A stretch of DNA of 55,593 nt from an uncultured Melioribacter sp. (GCA_964600175.1 CAZRIQ010000001.1:1-55593); one strand, 5' to 3'; counted from the first letter of the stretch, positions 9,671 to 19,590 are shown. Made by a program: numbers and translations. Notes: generated by a model not told the origin, from the letters alone.

Positions 9671-10012
9671 TTATTCTGCCAAATCTTTTAATAGGCTATT
9701 TATTGTTTCTCTTGATACAGTCTTCCCGCTGTCTGTAATGTAAGGCAGTTTTCCTGTGGTGTTTAAACATGGTAGGTTTTCAAATAGATCATAGAGGGAT
9801 ATTTCTTTATAACAAGATGTATCGTTTTGTGTTAGATCCCCACAATCACTAGAATTCAAACAAATATAAGGAAAGTACCAGTTATTAAATAACCTTCCAC
9901 TGGTATCTAATGCCCATTTAAACCCCAAACTAAACAGTTTCTTTTGCACCAACTCTCTTAAGCCTTTATCGTCTGGAACCTTAATTTGCATTTCTTCTCT
10001 AGGATCAATCAT
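9671..10012 (-). CDS. Hypothetical protein
   Basis: 113-aa ORF with AAGGAG RBS. Confidence 0.55.
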   Translation of the reverse strand: MIDPREEMQIKVPDDKGLRELVQKKLFSLGFKWALDTSGRLFNNWYFPYICLNSSDCGDLTQNDTSCYKEISLYDLFENLPCLNTTGKLPYITDSGKTVSRETINSLLKDLAE

Positions 10013-10210
10013 GTCTAACTCCTTTTAATTAATTGCCTCGGTTAAACGCCTCTAATTTTTTAAAAATAGATTTTATTAAATTTTCTTTTTTATAAACAAG
10101 CCTACATTCCATAGGAGTCCCGTTTTCATCTGCAATACAACCATTAACATCTATGTATGTTACGTCTTTGCCGTCCTTTTCTGCATAAAAAGACAATATG
10201 TTAGGTTTTG

Positions 10211-10660
10211 TCATTTAATATCCTCAGGGTCTAAAATCCATTCGGGTTTTATTTCACCCTTAATATTGTATTCTGCTATATCTTTAATGCGTATCATTCG
10301 ATATTTTATGCCACAACTTATAAACTCTACATATTTAATTCGGTTGTTATCTAAAATTTCATTACATGCCTGCACAAAAGCGGGACGCGGAGCAACAGTC
10401 CATCTTTGATTTTTTAATCTAATCATCAATTTTGATTCAATAGTGGCCTTTGGTATAAAATCATACTTGTTTGATAGTATTTCATACGCCTTTACTTCAT
10501 CGGTTGTTATTATGTAATGTAGTTTTAAATGTCCCAATAAAACCATATTCCTTTGCTCAATCGTACAATTTATACCTTGCCACAAATGCCATCCACATTT
10601 TTTACAAACAAGCGTTTCTTTCTTCTGGTTGTATTTAAAATACTTTTCAATATCTATCAT
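10211..10660 (-). CDS. Hypothetical protein (C2H2-like Zn motif)
   Basis: CKKC...HLKLH. Confidence 0.55.
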   Translation of the reverse strand: MIDIEKYFKYNQKKETLVCKKCGWHLWQGINCTIEQRNMVLLGHLKLHYIITTDEVKAYEILSNKYDFIPKATIESKLMIRLKNQRWTVAPRPAFVQACNEILDNNRIKYVEFISCGIKYRMIRIKDIAEYNIKGEIKPEWILDPEDIK

Positions 10661-10662
10661 AA

Positions 10663-10959
10663 TTATTCCCCTTTATTATAAAAATTCAGGTCGTTGTCTC
10701 TCAAAACTTGAAACAATACTTCAGAAACAACCGTTAATTCTGTATGATCAATATTCAAGTTATTCTTTGCCTTGATTGCTTCTAATATTTCATGCAATAG
10801 ACATTCAGAAACATTGTCTTCTCTTGCGTTAAGTTCGTCCTCAATTCTTATTAGGTTATGGTAATTGTCATAGTCACCGGGTCCATTAATATGTGCCATA
10901 TCAACCAATTCAACATTTATTATATGACCACCAAGTTTTATTTTGTTTGGTATTTTCAT
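10663..10959 (-). CDS. Small phage metallopeptidase-like protein (HExxE)
   Basis: MKIPNKIKLGGH..ECLLHEILEAI. Confidence 0.65.
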   Translation of the reverse strand: MKIPNKIKLGGHIINVELVDMAHINGPGDYDNYHNLIRIEDELNAREDNVSECLLHEILEAIKAKNNLNIDHTELTVVSEVLFQVLRDNDLNFYNKGE

Positions 10960-12377
10960 AATTGCATACTCTCACCTAAACCCTCTTGCGGCTCACCTTG
11001 AATGCGTTCAAGTTCGTCTTCTGCATCTTCAACCAATACGTTCCTGTCAATTGCAGACTGTACACTCATAAACTGTTTGTTTCCTGTTGCGATTGAAAGC
11101 AAATTGATAAGCGTTTCAACATCTGTCGGTAGCGGGTTCTGAAATTCTGGAACGATCTTCATTTCTTCATACAACTTTTTATATTTTTTCTCCACATACC
11201 CGCACAAAGTTTTAAGTATGCTGATTTCCCTACGCTCCCCAGCTCCAAATACTTCCTCATTTGCTAGTGCTTCCAACCTTGCATCCATAAACATTAAATC
11301 TATTGCGATACCAGAAAGATTTGTTGCCAGACCTTTAACATTTGAAAAAGAAAGATCAACTACTGCCATTTTGCCATATATAATTTTCTCTAAAGTCTCA
11401 AGCTCAAGTTTAATTGAATCAACCGCGTTGTCGCTTTCAAGATAACTCAACTCCCCCCAAGTTGGAGCCCCATCTGCTGATATATTTGGTGTCATTGCAA
11501 AGATATTACCAGTCGTTCCACTTCTCGGAAAATTCGTTATATCATCTTCGCTTGCAACTTTTGCTACAATGTCAGGGTATGCAGTACTATCGTTTGAATC
11601 ACAAAGCCTTGAAATTGAATACTCATATCTATCAATCTCTGGTTGAACATTCGTCCATACTGGTTTACCAAACTCATAATATACACCCGTTATTTTTCCG
11701 TGTGGATTACCCTCTTGTACTTGTGTCCAAACACTGTTGTCTTCAGTGGCCTTGATTGTTTTTTCTGCTGTATAAATATCAAAATGCTTTAATGTCTTGT
11801 CACCAGCTGTAGTTGTGTACTCTCTTGATATAGCTATAAGATTACCATATTCATCAAAGTAAGGATATACCAGACTTCCTAAAGTTTTACACCACAATTG
11901 GACATGAATTGTAGTATCAGATGGCCGAATATACCAATACACAACAGCGCGGCACTCACTCATTACTTTACGGGCCTTTTGTCTGTTAAAATAGCTTATT
12001 TTATTCTGATATAAAACGTCAAGCAAAAAATTCATAGGTTCGTCAAATTTGTTCTTTTTGCCTAAAAGACCCATTTTTTTGTTCTTCAAATTATACTTAA
12101 GCTGTTTACCATACAACATAGAGGTTGCAAATTTTACACCGCTTTCTTGAAACGACACCGGTAATTTAGCCAATGGAACCAATTCTGTCTTTTTTGTTTT
12201 GGCTCCATCTTTATCTGTAACGTTATAAGTTACACTTCGAGGCATCTTTTTTAATATCTCATGCTTCCCCGTGTACTGTTCGATGTATTTATCCGTTTCA
12301 TCGGGATACTTATTTTTAGTCAACTCGGCAATCACGTCTTTAAATTCCGGTTTGGCAAGTATGTCTTGTATGGTCAT
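10956..12377 (-). CDS. Portal protein (SPP1 gp6-like)
   Basis: YPYFDEYGNL, DLSFSNVKGL..SGIAI, EDELERIQ; follows terminase. Confidence 0.9.
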   Translation of the reverse strand: MTIQDILAKPEFKDVIAELTKNKYPDETDKYIEQYTGKHEILKKMPRSVTYNVTDKDGAKTKKTELVPLAKLPVSFQESGVKFATSMLYGKQLKYNLKNKKMGLLGKKNKFDEPMNFLLDVLYQNKISYFNRQKARKVMSECRAVVYWYIRPSDTTIHVQLWCKTLGSLVYPYFDEYGNLIAISREYTTTAGDKTLKHFDIYTAEKTIKATEDNSVWTQVQEGNPHGKITGVYYEFGKPVWTNVQPEIDRYEYSISRLCDSNDSTAYPDIVAKVASEDDITNFPRSGTTGNIFAMTPNISADGAPTWGELSYLESDNAVDSIKLELETLEKIIYGKMAVVDLSFSNVKGLATNLSGIAIDLMFMDARLEALANEEVFGAGERREISILKTLCGYVEKKYKKLYEEMKIVPEFQNPLPTDVETLINLLSIATGNKQFMSVQSAIDRNVLVEDAEDELERIQGEPQEGLGESMQL

Positions 12378-13717
12378 CGTAGGTTCCTCAATGTGTTTAT
12401 GGTCTTAGAAGTAATATCTGTTTTATTTAGATGTCTCATGTAGTTATTATAAACAAATGAATCCCCTTCATCCGTACTTCTGCCTAATCTCAATTTGATT
12501 TTTTCTTTTGACTCAACACATATCATTTTATCGTTTCGATACTCATATTTTGGCGCAGTTAAATCTTCAACTAATTTTTCAGAGGCTTCACTCAATAACA
12601 CTTTTCCAGTTCGAATATCTTCTCTTGCTAACCACCACATATATGATCGTAAATTATTAAAACGTCCCATCTCTGAAAATGGCGCTTTACCACCTGACTG
12701 AATATCCCGTACTTGTAACTTATAAGTTTCTCTCATAATATCAACCACACCTGCACCCATCCCAACACCGTCAACTCCGACTCTATCAGCGTCTATCCTA
12801 TTTTCATATACGGCTTGTCGCATCCACTCTGATGTCTTTGGAATTGACATCCCATATTTTGATTCTATCTTCAATAATTTGTTTCCCTGCATAATAGACC
12901 TTGCCGACCAGTCGTCCCCATATCTTGCAACATCGCCACCAAAAGACTTTTTGCCATCAACAAATTCAACCGTCTTGCATTTTTCAACCCACTCAAAATG
13001 TATAAGTTGATCCGGCTCATCTTCGTATTCCCAATTGCCATATAAAAGCCTTTGCCTTTTTGCTTCATTCTCAATACTTTCAAGGCGTTCTTTTGCTCCT
13101 GCTTCTCTGAATATGTTATCCGTAACAAGGCTTTGAATAAATGCTCTATTTGGTGGGAGTGTGCCTTCGTGATCTGGTTTATAAAATAATCTATAAAGCC
13201 AATTCTTTTTTGGATTGCTTGTGATGAGTTGTTTTGCAAGTATTCCATATTTATCATTTAACTGTCTGCCTATTCTGCTTTTTAAGGTGTCATAAGCATC
13301 AAAGTGAACCTCTCCGCCTTCCTCAACCCAACCGGACGTATATTCACTAGATCCATACCGTTCGTACAAAGGATCTGATGGAAGGTATTTAAGGTCAAGT
13401 AAATCAATTCTTGAACCGTTTTTGTGTTGAATGTAATGATCTTGACCATTGTATTTAAAATAATCTGATACTTCATATTTTTTACAGACCTTCCAGAATG
13501 TAATAAATGTTGAATCCCTGAGTCGTTTAAGTTCCTCACGGCCAATATAGTATTTGGTCTCTGGATATTGGCAACACATTGAAACCAACCAGAAACAACC
13601 AAGCCAACTTTTCCCACCGTTTGCAGCGCCACCAAATAAAAGCTCCTCAGTAACCTTATCATTGAGTCGTAAAAACGCATCACCTTGTTTTGGCGAAAGT
13701 TCAACATTAAGAATCAT
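12374..13717 (-). CDS. terL: Terminase large subunit
   Basis: Walker A LFGGAANGGKS, Walker B WVEEGGE, nuclease GDVARYGDD and RSTDEGDS. Confidence 0.95.
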   Translation of the reverse strand: MILNVELSPKQGDAFLRLNDKVTEELLFGGAANGGKSWLGCFWLVSMCCQYPETKYYIGREELKRLRDSTFITFWKVCKKYEVSDYFKYNGQDHYIQHKNGSRIDLLDLKYLPSDPLYERYGSSEYTSGWVEEGGEVHFDAYDTLKSRIGRQLNDKYGILAKQLITSNPKKNWLYRLFYKPDHEGTLPPNRAFIQSLVTDNIFREAGAKERLESIENEAKRQRLLYGNWEYEDEPDQLIHFEWVEKCKTVEFVDGKKSFGGDVARYGDDWSARSIMQGNKLLKIESKYGMSIPKTSEWMRQAVYENRIDADRVGVDGVGMGAGVVDIMRETYKLQVRDIQSGGKAPFSEMGRFNNLRSYMWWLAREDIRTGKVLLSEASEKLVEDLTAPKYEYRNDKMICVESKEKIKLRLGRSTDEGDSFVYNNYMRHLNKTDITSKTINTLRNLR

Positions 13718-13994
13718 CTCTACTGTCTTTGATTGTTACGTTAAAACCTAAAATTGGATTGTCATCTTCGTCAACAAGTCTTAAATCTTTAGGCATCAAA
13801 GGAAATACGTACGTTTTCCAGAATGCCAAAGCGTCTTTGCTGAACTCTATTTGTAGTTCTTCTTCAAACTGTTTTAGATTATCAGCTTTTGCAAGCATTT
13901 TATCTAAGGCCTCAAGAGTTAAACGTCTACCACCTTTGGGCCTACCCGGACCACCTGGGTTACCTTTCTTAAATTGTGTGTCTTCTTTTGCCAT
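13707..13994 (-). CDS. terS: Terminase small subunit
   Basis: QFKKGNPGGPGRPKG motif directly upstream of terL. Confidence 0.8.
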   Translation of the reverse strand: MAKEDTQFKKGNPGGPGRPKGGRRLTLEALDKMLAKADNLKQFEEELQIEFSKDALAFWKTYVFPLMPKDLRLVDEDDNPILGFNVTIKDSRDDS

Positions 13995-14409
13995 ACCGTT
14001 TGATCCGTTTATAATCGGTTACATATCTAGTTTTATTTGTGTATATGGATCGTGTATTTTTAATGTTTTTCCACCAATCTTTTTCTTGAAAATCAGATTC
14101 TATTTTTTTATCATCTATTTTCATTTGATTTCCAAAAAAGTTCTTCTATGTCATAACTGGAAGACATTATCATACAATTATTGTAATATTTATAAAGCCA
14201 ACCTAAATTAAAATGTAGCATTAATTTAGATGCTACCACTCCAAAAAAATAATACCAATATACTAAAATAACATTTAAAACTTTGGCGAACCAGGACAAA
14301 TAGGGAAGGGGGAAAATCCCAGCCCGCCAAATACTTTTAGCCACTTCTTTTTGTCTGCTTGGATTGATCTTTTTGGTGTGATTCATTCGAAGAACTCCCT
14401 ATTTGCTTA

Positions 14410-14438
14410 AAAATAGTTAATTAAAATAGTATTGTCAA
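14410..14438 (-). promoter_or_regulatory. Sigma70-like promoter upstream of the packaging genes
   Basis: TTGACA-17-TATTTT. Confidence 0.5.
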
Positions 14439-14443
14439 GGGAT

Positions 14444-15238
14444 TTATGTTGCCTTTTCATTATCAAAAAAACAGGCACATGCAAAGTAATACGCGTCCTT
14501 GTCTTTATCATATTTAAAATTAGTTCCACATATACGACAATATTTGTCTGCATTTTTAATTATCTCCCTATGTGTTACCCATTTTGAGACTTTACTCTGA
14601 GCAGATTTCCCCCGTTCAATTATATTTAATGCCTTTATTAAATAATTATCAGCTGCATACATCTTGTGTTCAACCGCCATTTTTTTAAGTATACAGAGTT
14701 GATCATATAGAGATCTTTGCTTGTGTACTCCAAGAAACTTAAGGGCACGGTATTCACGCATCATTGATAATAATTCGGCATTGCTTCCTAGATCATCAAA
14801 CCTTGAATCCGGTGTAGGCATTTCTGCAAGTATTTTTTTAGCTGTGCGCTCAATGTCTTCGATTGTTCTGTATGTGTGCATTACTGTATGTTTTAAATTG
14901 CTAAAATCTAAGTCCGGCAAAGGCGTGTTTTCAATAACATGCCTGAATATCTGTTTCTTTTCTTTTTTTGTTAATTTTCTATTCCCAATATTTACAGTGC
15001 TTGTGGCCGTGGGAAATACTTTATAACCCTTTATTTCTCCTCTCACCCATACTACCTCGCCGTGTCTGCGTACTTCCACTACATCAAGATCTTTATCAAT
15101 TGGATTTTCAAGGCTTTCATTGTATGACCCGATATAAATTTGATCTTTTACATTCATTATTCTTGAATCATACCATTTATACCATCTTCCATTACGCAAA
15201 ACAACAACATCAAACTGTTTAAATTTAAATTTATTCAT
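14444..15238 (-). CDS. Hypothetical protein
   Basis: 264-aa ORF with AGGAGG RBS. Confidence 0.65.
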   Translation of the reverse strand: MNKFKFKQFDVVVLRNGRWYKWYDSRIMNVKDQIYIGSYNESLENPIDKDLDVVEVRRHGEVVWVRGEIKGYKVFPTATSTVNIGNRKLTKKEKKQIFRHVIENTPLPDLDFSNLKHTVMHTYRTIEDIERTAKKILAEMPTPDSRFDDLGSNAELLSMMREYRALKFLGVHKQRSLYDQLCILKKMAVEHKMYAADNYLIKALNIIERGKSAQSKVSKWVTHREIIKNADKYCRICGTNFKYDKDKDAYYFACACFFDNEKAT

Positions 15239-15250
15239 AACGCCCTCCTT

Positions 15251-15589
15251 TTATTGCCTTATAATAGGTCTATCAAAAACCAGAAAACTTATTTCCGTTG
15301 TTTCGTCAACTGTTTTATAATCATACAGCAAACCATTGACATAGAGTTCGAGATTTATAGTTTCATTTTTTGATTCAAAATAAAACTCATAAACAGCCCA
15401 TTCGTGATTTAGTTCATCTGTTTGGTATTCCTTGAATTCTGATTTACATTCTATTCCATCGGCAAAAATAGAAAACTCGTTTGGAACTTCGTCATGGAAA
15501 AATATCAACCCTTCAAATTTATTTGTCGAATCAATAACATGACTACATGCAAAAAAACATAATGCAATAATAAAAAATAGCTTTTTCAT
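15251..15589 (-). CDS. Putative lipoprotein
   Basis: MKKLFFIIALCFFAC signal/lipobox-like. Confidence 0.6.
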   Translation of the reverse strand: MKKLFFIIALCFFACSHVIDSTNKFEGLIFFHDEVPNEFSIFADGIECKSEFKEYQTDELNHEWAVYEFYFESKNETINLELYVNGLLYDYKTVDETTEISFLVFDRPIIRQ

Positions 15590-15590
15590 T

Positions 15591-16559
15591 TTATTCTCCT
15601 TTAATGTATTCCACTATATCACTTGATCTATATATCACCGTATCTTGTCCGAAGCTCGTAAACCCTGTTCTACAAGCATCAACCCACCAGTAAGAGGTGT
15701 CTGGTACGGAAAGAAAAATTGTATTTGTGGTATCCATTGTAGCAAACTGTTCTTCTGTTCCATGCCAACTATAATGGATCTGATAGTAATCAGCCAATTT
15801 TGATGGTTGCCATGATATTATAACTCCGTCAGAAATAACCTCAACCGGACTATAAAGGTCCAGTGTATCAATCTCACCTTGATAGTAATTAAATTTTATA
15901 GGATAATTACAATAAAATCCAATCTCGTAGTCATGGGGTTCAATCTGATAATCGATAACCAACCCCTGCCCTTTGTGCCAGTCAAGAGCAATAGATACAA
16001 CCGGATCTACTTGTCCATCGTTATTTTCTTGCATAGGATTAAAAATAGCACTTGATACATGGCTATCATACTTAGATGCAATAGAATCATCTGGCAAAAC
16101 TACATGGTCGAATGCTCCATTTATCGCTGTCAATGCTATTTCGCTTATCTGTCCAATCGTATTTAACATATATAATCTATAAAAATTATGCTCTAACGGA
16201 ACTATGACTCCGAAAAGTGTATCCGGCATTAAGACTTTTTGAGTATCAAGAATAGTAATGTGGATTGGCGTTAAAAGCGAGTCTATAATGCCGACAACAT
16301 CAAACTTGGTTAATTGTTTAATGCCTGAAATCTGAGACGTATGAACATTTGTAATTCCATATAAATTGACAACATCGCTTTTGAGTTCTACCAACGTAGA
16401 ATCAATCATGTGCTGTACTTCATATCGATTCATTCCAATCTTTTCAATCGTTGTTGTACTTGGATTGCATGACATCAACACCCAAATTCCGACAAGACCC
16501 GTGGTGATGCCTTTCTTAACCCTTCTAGTATTTTGCTCCATCCTATGCACTCCTTCCAT
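15591..16559 (-). CDS. Putative exported protein/lipoprotein with FN3-like C-terminus
   Basis: LVGIWVLMSC; IISWQPS..YYQIHYS..YWWVDA. Confidence 0.55.
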   Translation of the reverse strand: MEGVHRMEQNTRRVKKGITTGLVGIWVLMSCNPSTTTIEKIGMNRYEVQHMIDSTLVELKSDVVNLYGITNVHTSQISGIKQLTKFDVVGIIDSLLTPIHITILDTQKVLMPDTLFGVIVPLEHNFYRLYMLNTIGQISEIALTAINGAFDHVVLPDDSIASKYDSHVSSAIFNPMQENNDGQVDPVVSIALDWHKGQGLVIDYQIEPHDYEIGFYCNYPIKFNYYQGEIDTLDLYSPVEVISDGVIISWQPSKLADYYQIHYSWHGTEEQFATMDTTNTIFLSVPDTSYWWVDACRTGFTSFGQDTVIYRSSDIVEYIKGE

Positions 16560-16768
16560 AATTTACCATCGACAATTACTTTAAAACAATCCACTCTTTT
16601 CGATTTATAGCATTCAAAAACGTGTGTAACTGGTTCGCCAGAGTCATAATCTGTATATGTCAAAACTCTTCTTTTCTGTGGCAAAATTTTAGGATAATCA
16701 CTAATATCCGATTCAATTCTTAGTCTTTCTTTTGCTTTATTCATTTTTATAGATTGTTTTTTATGCAT
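16475..16768 (-). CDS. Hypothetical phage protein (occupies the position intI would have; not a recombinase)
   Basis: 97 aa, no RHRY tetrad. Confidence 0.55.
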   Translation of the reverse strand: MHKKQSIKMNKAKERLRIESDISDYPKILPQKRRVLTYTDYDSGEPVTHVFECYKSKRVDCFKVIVDGKLWKECIGWSKILEGLRKASPRVLSEFGC

Positions 16769-16794
16769 TTATATATTCCATCCTTGCAAGGGTT

Positions 16795-16813
16795 GTATAA
16801 ACCTATGTTATGA
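16795..16813 (+). other. attI-like simple site at the head of the cassette array
   Basis: GTATAAA-CCTAT-GTTATGA, same 7-5-7 layout as attI1 (CCCTAAA-ACAAA-GTTRRRY). GTTATGAAG is the reverse complement of CTTCATAAC closing cassette 1. No attC arm upstream. Confidence 0.6.
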
Positions 16814-16824
16814 AGATCGCATAT

Positions 16825-17010
16825 TTATGGTTTAATAAATTCCCCAAACGCCCAAATTGCAAAAGAAATTAATCCCGCCATAGCCCATAAGCTGCCCATT
16901 ACGCCCGCGCAATGCCATAGAAATGTTTTTTTATCTTGCGTTAAATTTGCAACATAACTCATAATACTAAGTAAAATACAACCAATTGCCGCTTGATAAT
17001 ACATATCCAC
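16825..17010 (-). CDS. Cassette 1: small two-TM membrane protein
   Basis: Two hydrophobic segments; AGGTGG RBS, GTG start. Confidence 0.6.
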   Translation of the reverse strand: MDMYYQAAIGCILLSIMSYVANLTQDKKTFLWHCAGVMGSLWAMAGLISFAIWAFGEFIKP

Positions 17011-17100
17011 CCACCTTTCGTTTTTATGTTACTCATTCAAAGTTTCAGCGGCCCACCCACTTTCCCAGCTCAACCGCCGCAAGAAGTCGTTTAAGCGACT

Positions 17101-17157
17101 TCATAACCATGTAATCGAGCGGACGAAAATACGCGCCGCTCATTACCGCCGTTAATT
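17101..17157 (+). repeat. attC site 1 (57 bp)
   Basis: TCATAAC-CATGT-AATCGAGC..GCTCATT-ACCGCC-GTTAATT; extra C and A on left arm. Confidence 0.92.
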
Positions 17158-17158
17158 G

Positions 17159-17434
17159 TCAAGAAAATTCTACCCCGTTTTCGTGTAGTATCGACTCTAA
17201 ACTCATTCGCCTACGTGCAAGCTTTTCACGTATTTCATAAAATTTCTGTTCTTCTAGTTTAAAATTATGATCGCGGCAAAAGCCTATTTTCAACCAAACC
17301 TCTTCTTCTTCACTGTGCCATTCTTTAATCAATCCGGCTATGCCACTCCACCCAGAATTTTCTTGAACCGTTTTTTCTGCATCATCTGTGTTACAAATAC
17401 AATGAATAAGACCGCAATTAATACACCTTTCCAT
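17159..17434 (-). CDS. Cassette 2 hypothetical protein (MERCINCG..)
   Basis: GGAGG RBS before ATG at 17434. Confidence 0.65.
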   Translation of the reverse strand: MERCINCGLIHCICNTDDAEKTVQENSGWSGIAGLIKEWHSEEEEVWLKIGFCRDHNFKLEEQKFYEIREKLARRRMSLESILHENGVEFS

Positions 17435-17455
17435 AATTCCTCCAATAAAATTCTC

Positions 17456-17533
17456 AATTAACAATTTGCTGCACGGGACAAAAGCCCCGTACCCAACTCT
17501 GCCCACTTTTGCCCGTGAGCATGGGCGTTATAC
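17456..17533 (+). repeat. attC site 2 (78 bp)
   Basis: AATTAAC..tgct(g)cacggg(a)caaaag / cttttgcccgtgagca..GTTATAC. Confidence 0.92.
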
Positions 17534-17821
17534 AACAGATGCACATGATTTATGATCATCTATAAATTTCATCCAATAGCCAAGCCAATCCCAAGATCCG
17601 CATTTGTTACAATGTATTTTCCCGTTCAATGAAACGATATGTGGGTACTCATGATTTTTTTCACCTTCAATCTGTTTTATAACAACTGGCTGCAATGGAT
17701 TTTGACCCAGCTCCGCCAATATCTCTCTTTCCCATCTGTCTGCCAGATTACAATCACTCTGGTCATTATGTCTAACATCTTCTATCATTCTCAGTAATAT
17801 TTTGTTTAACTTATTATTCAT
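17528..17821 (-). CDS. Cassette 3 hypothetical protein (starts inside attC3 loop)
   Basis: Stop TAA is the complement of TTA in R'; reads through the left arm as QNPLQPVVIK. Confidence 0.7.
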   Translation of the reverse strand: MNNKLNKILLRMIEDVRHNDQSDCNLADRWEREILAELGQNPLQPVVIKQIEGEKNHEYPHIVSLNGKIHCNKCGSWDWLGYWMKFIDDHKSCASVV

Positions 17822-17875
17822 AGTCTTTTCCTTTCACTATGCCCCGCCTCAAAACCAATGAGCCAGGCGTTATAC
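17677..17875 (+). repeat. attC site 3 (199 bp, coding loop)
   Basis: TTATAAC..ggct(g)caatgg(a)ttttga / tcaaaaccaatgagcc..GTTATAC. Confidence 0.8.
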
Positions 17876-18160
17876 CACTTCGTAATATGCCATAAACGAA
17901 TTGCAACACTCTCCAGGTGATGGGATATTAAACGATGGGTGTTCAATCAACATCTCCCAACAATATCTTTCAAGACTGTAGGACGTTCCAATTATATTTG
18001 CGTCTTCTGGAATATTTGTGATTCTCATTTTACCTGTAATTAAAGCTATCATCATGTGTTGGCTAATCCGCAATATACTTCGTGGTATAACATCAGGCTC
18101 AACGAGGACGCGTTCCGCGTCCGGCGTTTCGCCATTCAGAGAGTGATTTTCAATATTCAT
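17870..18160 (-). CDS. Cassette 4 hypothetical protein (starts inside attC4 loop)
   Basis: Stop in R'; arm read as RVLVEPDVIP. Confidence 0.7.
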   Translation of the reverse strand: MNIENHSLNGETPDAERVLVEPDVIPRSILRISQHMMIALITGKMRITNIPEDANIIGTSYSLERYCWEMLIEHPSFNIPSPGECCNSFMAYYEVV

Positions 18161-18209
18161 TTAATTTTTCCTTTATTTTAAAACGCGCCTGTTAGCCAAA
18201 CCATTAGCC
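18085..18209 (+). repeat. attC site 4 (125 bp; R' variant ATTAGCC)
   Basis: GTATAAC..ggct(c)aac(g)agg(a)cgcgtt / aacgcgcctgttagcc. Confidence 0.8.
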
Positions 18210-18221
18210 ACACACAAAATG

Positions 18222-18584
18222 CTACCCCAAAATAGATTCAAGAAAATAAATATCATGCGAAACCTCATCACATCTTTCAGGATATTTATTTTCTTCTTTG
18301 AGTTGCATAAGTATGTCCTTGTGGTGTTCAATTAAAAATTTAATATCCGTCTTTACAACTTCGGAACAAAGCCCATCCACCGCATTTTGAACCGTCTGCT
18401 GAGAAGATGCAGACTCACATAACCTGGTATTGCACTCGGATGAAACCCCGGCCCCGGCATCGTCCTTTAAATTCCCAAAACTTTCCAATACACAAATAAC
18501 ACCAAACGTATCTGTTATAATTTTATTTTTACTAATATACTCATCAACTTTCAAGGCTAATTCTTTTCTTTTACTAAATATCAT
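18222..18584 (-). CDS. Cassette 5 hypothetical protein (starts inside attC5 loop)
   Basis: GGGAG RBS in loop. Confidence 0.65.
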   Translation of the reverse strand: MIFSKRKELALKVDEYISKNKIITDTFGVICVLESFGNLKDDAGAGVSSECNTRLCESASSQQTVQNAVDGLCSEVVKTDIKFLIEHHKDILMQLKEENKYPERCDEVSHDIYFLESILG

Positions 18585-18630
18585 CCTATACTCCCTTCCA
18601 CCGTTTCACCGGTGAATACTTTCGTTATAT
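18417..18630 (+). repeat. attC site 5 (214 bp, coding loop)
   Basis: ACATAAC..gtatt(g)cac(t)cgg(a)tgaaac / gtttcaccggtgaatac..GTTATAT. Confidence 0.82.
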
Positions 18631-18804
18631 TTATTCGCCAAGGTCAACATCATAACGAACACATAAAGCCTCTTCAACCGCCTTGTTTTTGTTATGTTCC
18701 ATTTTCAAATGCTCAACTAAAATAGGTCGGAGGGAAAAAGAAACTTTAATCTTTTTGTCTTGGCTGGCTTTGCGTCCAGCCCCTGGTCGTTTTCCGCCTC
18801 TCAT
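18631..18804 (-). CDS. Cassette 6 gene b: ribbon-helix-helix-like DNA-binding protein
   Basis: MRGGKRPGAGRK..KVSFSLRP..DVDLGE. Confidence 0.7.
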   Translation of the reverse strand: MRGGKRPGAGRKASQDKKIKVSFSLRPILVEHLKMEHNKNKAVEEALCVRYDVDLGE

Positions 18805-18805
18805 G

Positions 18806-19033
18806 CTACATATCCAAAGAGAATAAAGTAACACCATCACCATACCGATGATCTTTTTGAATTCGGTTATACTGGTCAATTTCCTTAACTGCTCTTTTTG
18901 ACAATGTTGGCGCAACCGGCCTCCCCCAATTATATTCTTCTGTTTGAGTCATCAATTGAACACAGGCTCCATTGTCAAGGAATAAATCGTCTTTTGTAAT
19001 TTCATATTCGTATTTTCCAACTTTGATCTTCAT
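18806..19033 (-). CDS. Cassette 6 gene a: hypothetical protein
   Basis: MKIKVGKYEYEIT.., GAGG RBS, first gene after the promoter. Confidence 0.65.
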   Translation of the reverse strand: MKIKVGKYEYEITKDDLFLDNGACVQLMTQTEEYNWGRPVAPTLSKRAVKEIDQYNRIQKDHRYGDGVTLFSLDM

Positions 19034-19078
19034 TTTCTTGTCCTCATTTTTATTTGTTTGGTCTCTCATAACACTATA

Positions 19079-19107
19079 AATATACATTATCCTTTGATTA
19101 AAGTCAA
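19079..19107 (-). promoter_or_regulatory. Sigma70-like promoter inside cassette 6
   Basis: TTGACT-17-TATATT. Confidence 0.7.
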
Positions 19108-19164
19108 GTCTTTTTTCAACTATTTTTAATCAAGTAAATAAAAACAAGGGTTTAGGGGCGAAAA

Positions 19165-19244
19165 ATATAACAAAATATTCGAGCGGACCTCAACCACGGC
19201 CCGGCACTGCCCCACCTTGAGGCAGCTCAATATCAACGTTATAC
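19165..19244 (+). repeat. attC site 6 (80 bp)
   Basis: ATATAAC..tatt(c)gagcgg(a)cctcaa / ttgaggcagctcaata..GTTATAC. Confidence 0.88.
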
Positions 19245-19253
19245 AAAATTTAG

Positions 19254-19544
19254 CTACTCTACATAAAACTCATAATCTTCAGCAGAAGCACTCAAACAAT
19301 CTTCACGTTGATCGAAATATCCCATAGATCCGGTTCTTGTCCCTATTTTTAGTATCCAACCCTTATCTTCATGCATAAGTATACTGTCAATTCTACTGCC
19401 ATCACTGTCTTTTCTTTTTCCAAATATAAATTTCCCGGGTCCGATATTATTTAAGTTTATCGTATCTTTATCAATGTCCAAAATTACCTTTTTTTGTAAA
19501 ATTTTAATATGATCTTCCTTGCTATGTCTAAACGTGTATGTCAT
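19254..19544 (-). CDS. Cassette 7 hypothetical protein
   Basis: 96-aa ORF, AAGGA RBS. Confidence 0.65.
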   Translation of the reverse strand: MTYTFRHSKEDHIKILQKKVILDIDKDTINLNNIGPGKFIFGKRKDSDGSRIDSILMHEDKGWILKIGTRTGSMGYFDQREDCLSASAEDYEFYVE

Positions 19545-19556
19545 ATCAATCCTTTC

Positions 19557-19590
19557 CGGCGGTTTCTAACCGCTCATGTCAACGTTATTT
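19557..19590 (+). repeat. attC site 7, degenerate (right arm only)
   Basis: gcggtt-tct-aaccgctcatgtcaac-GTTATTT; R''/L'' not found. Confidence 0.55.
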
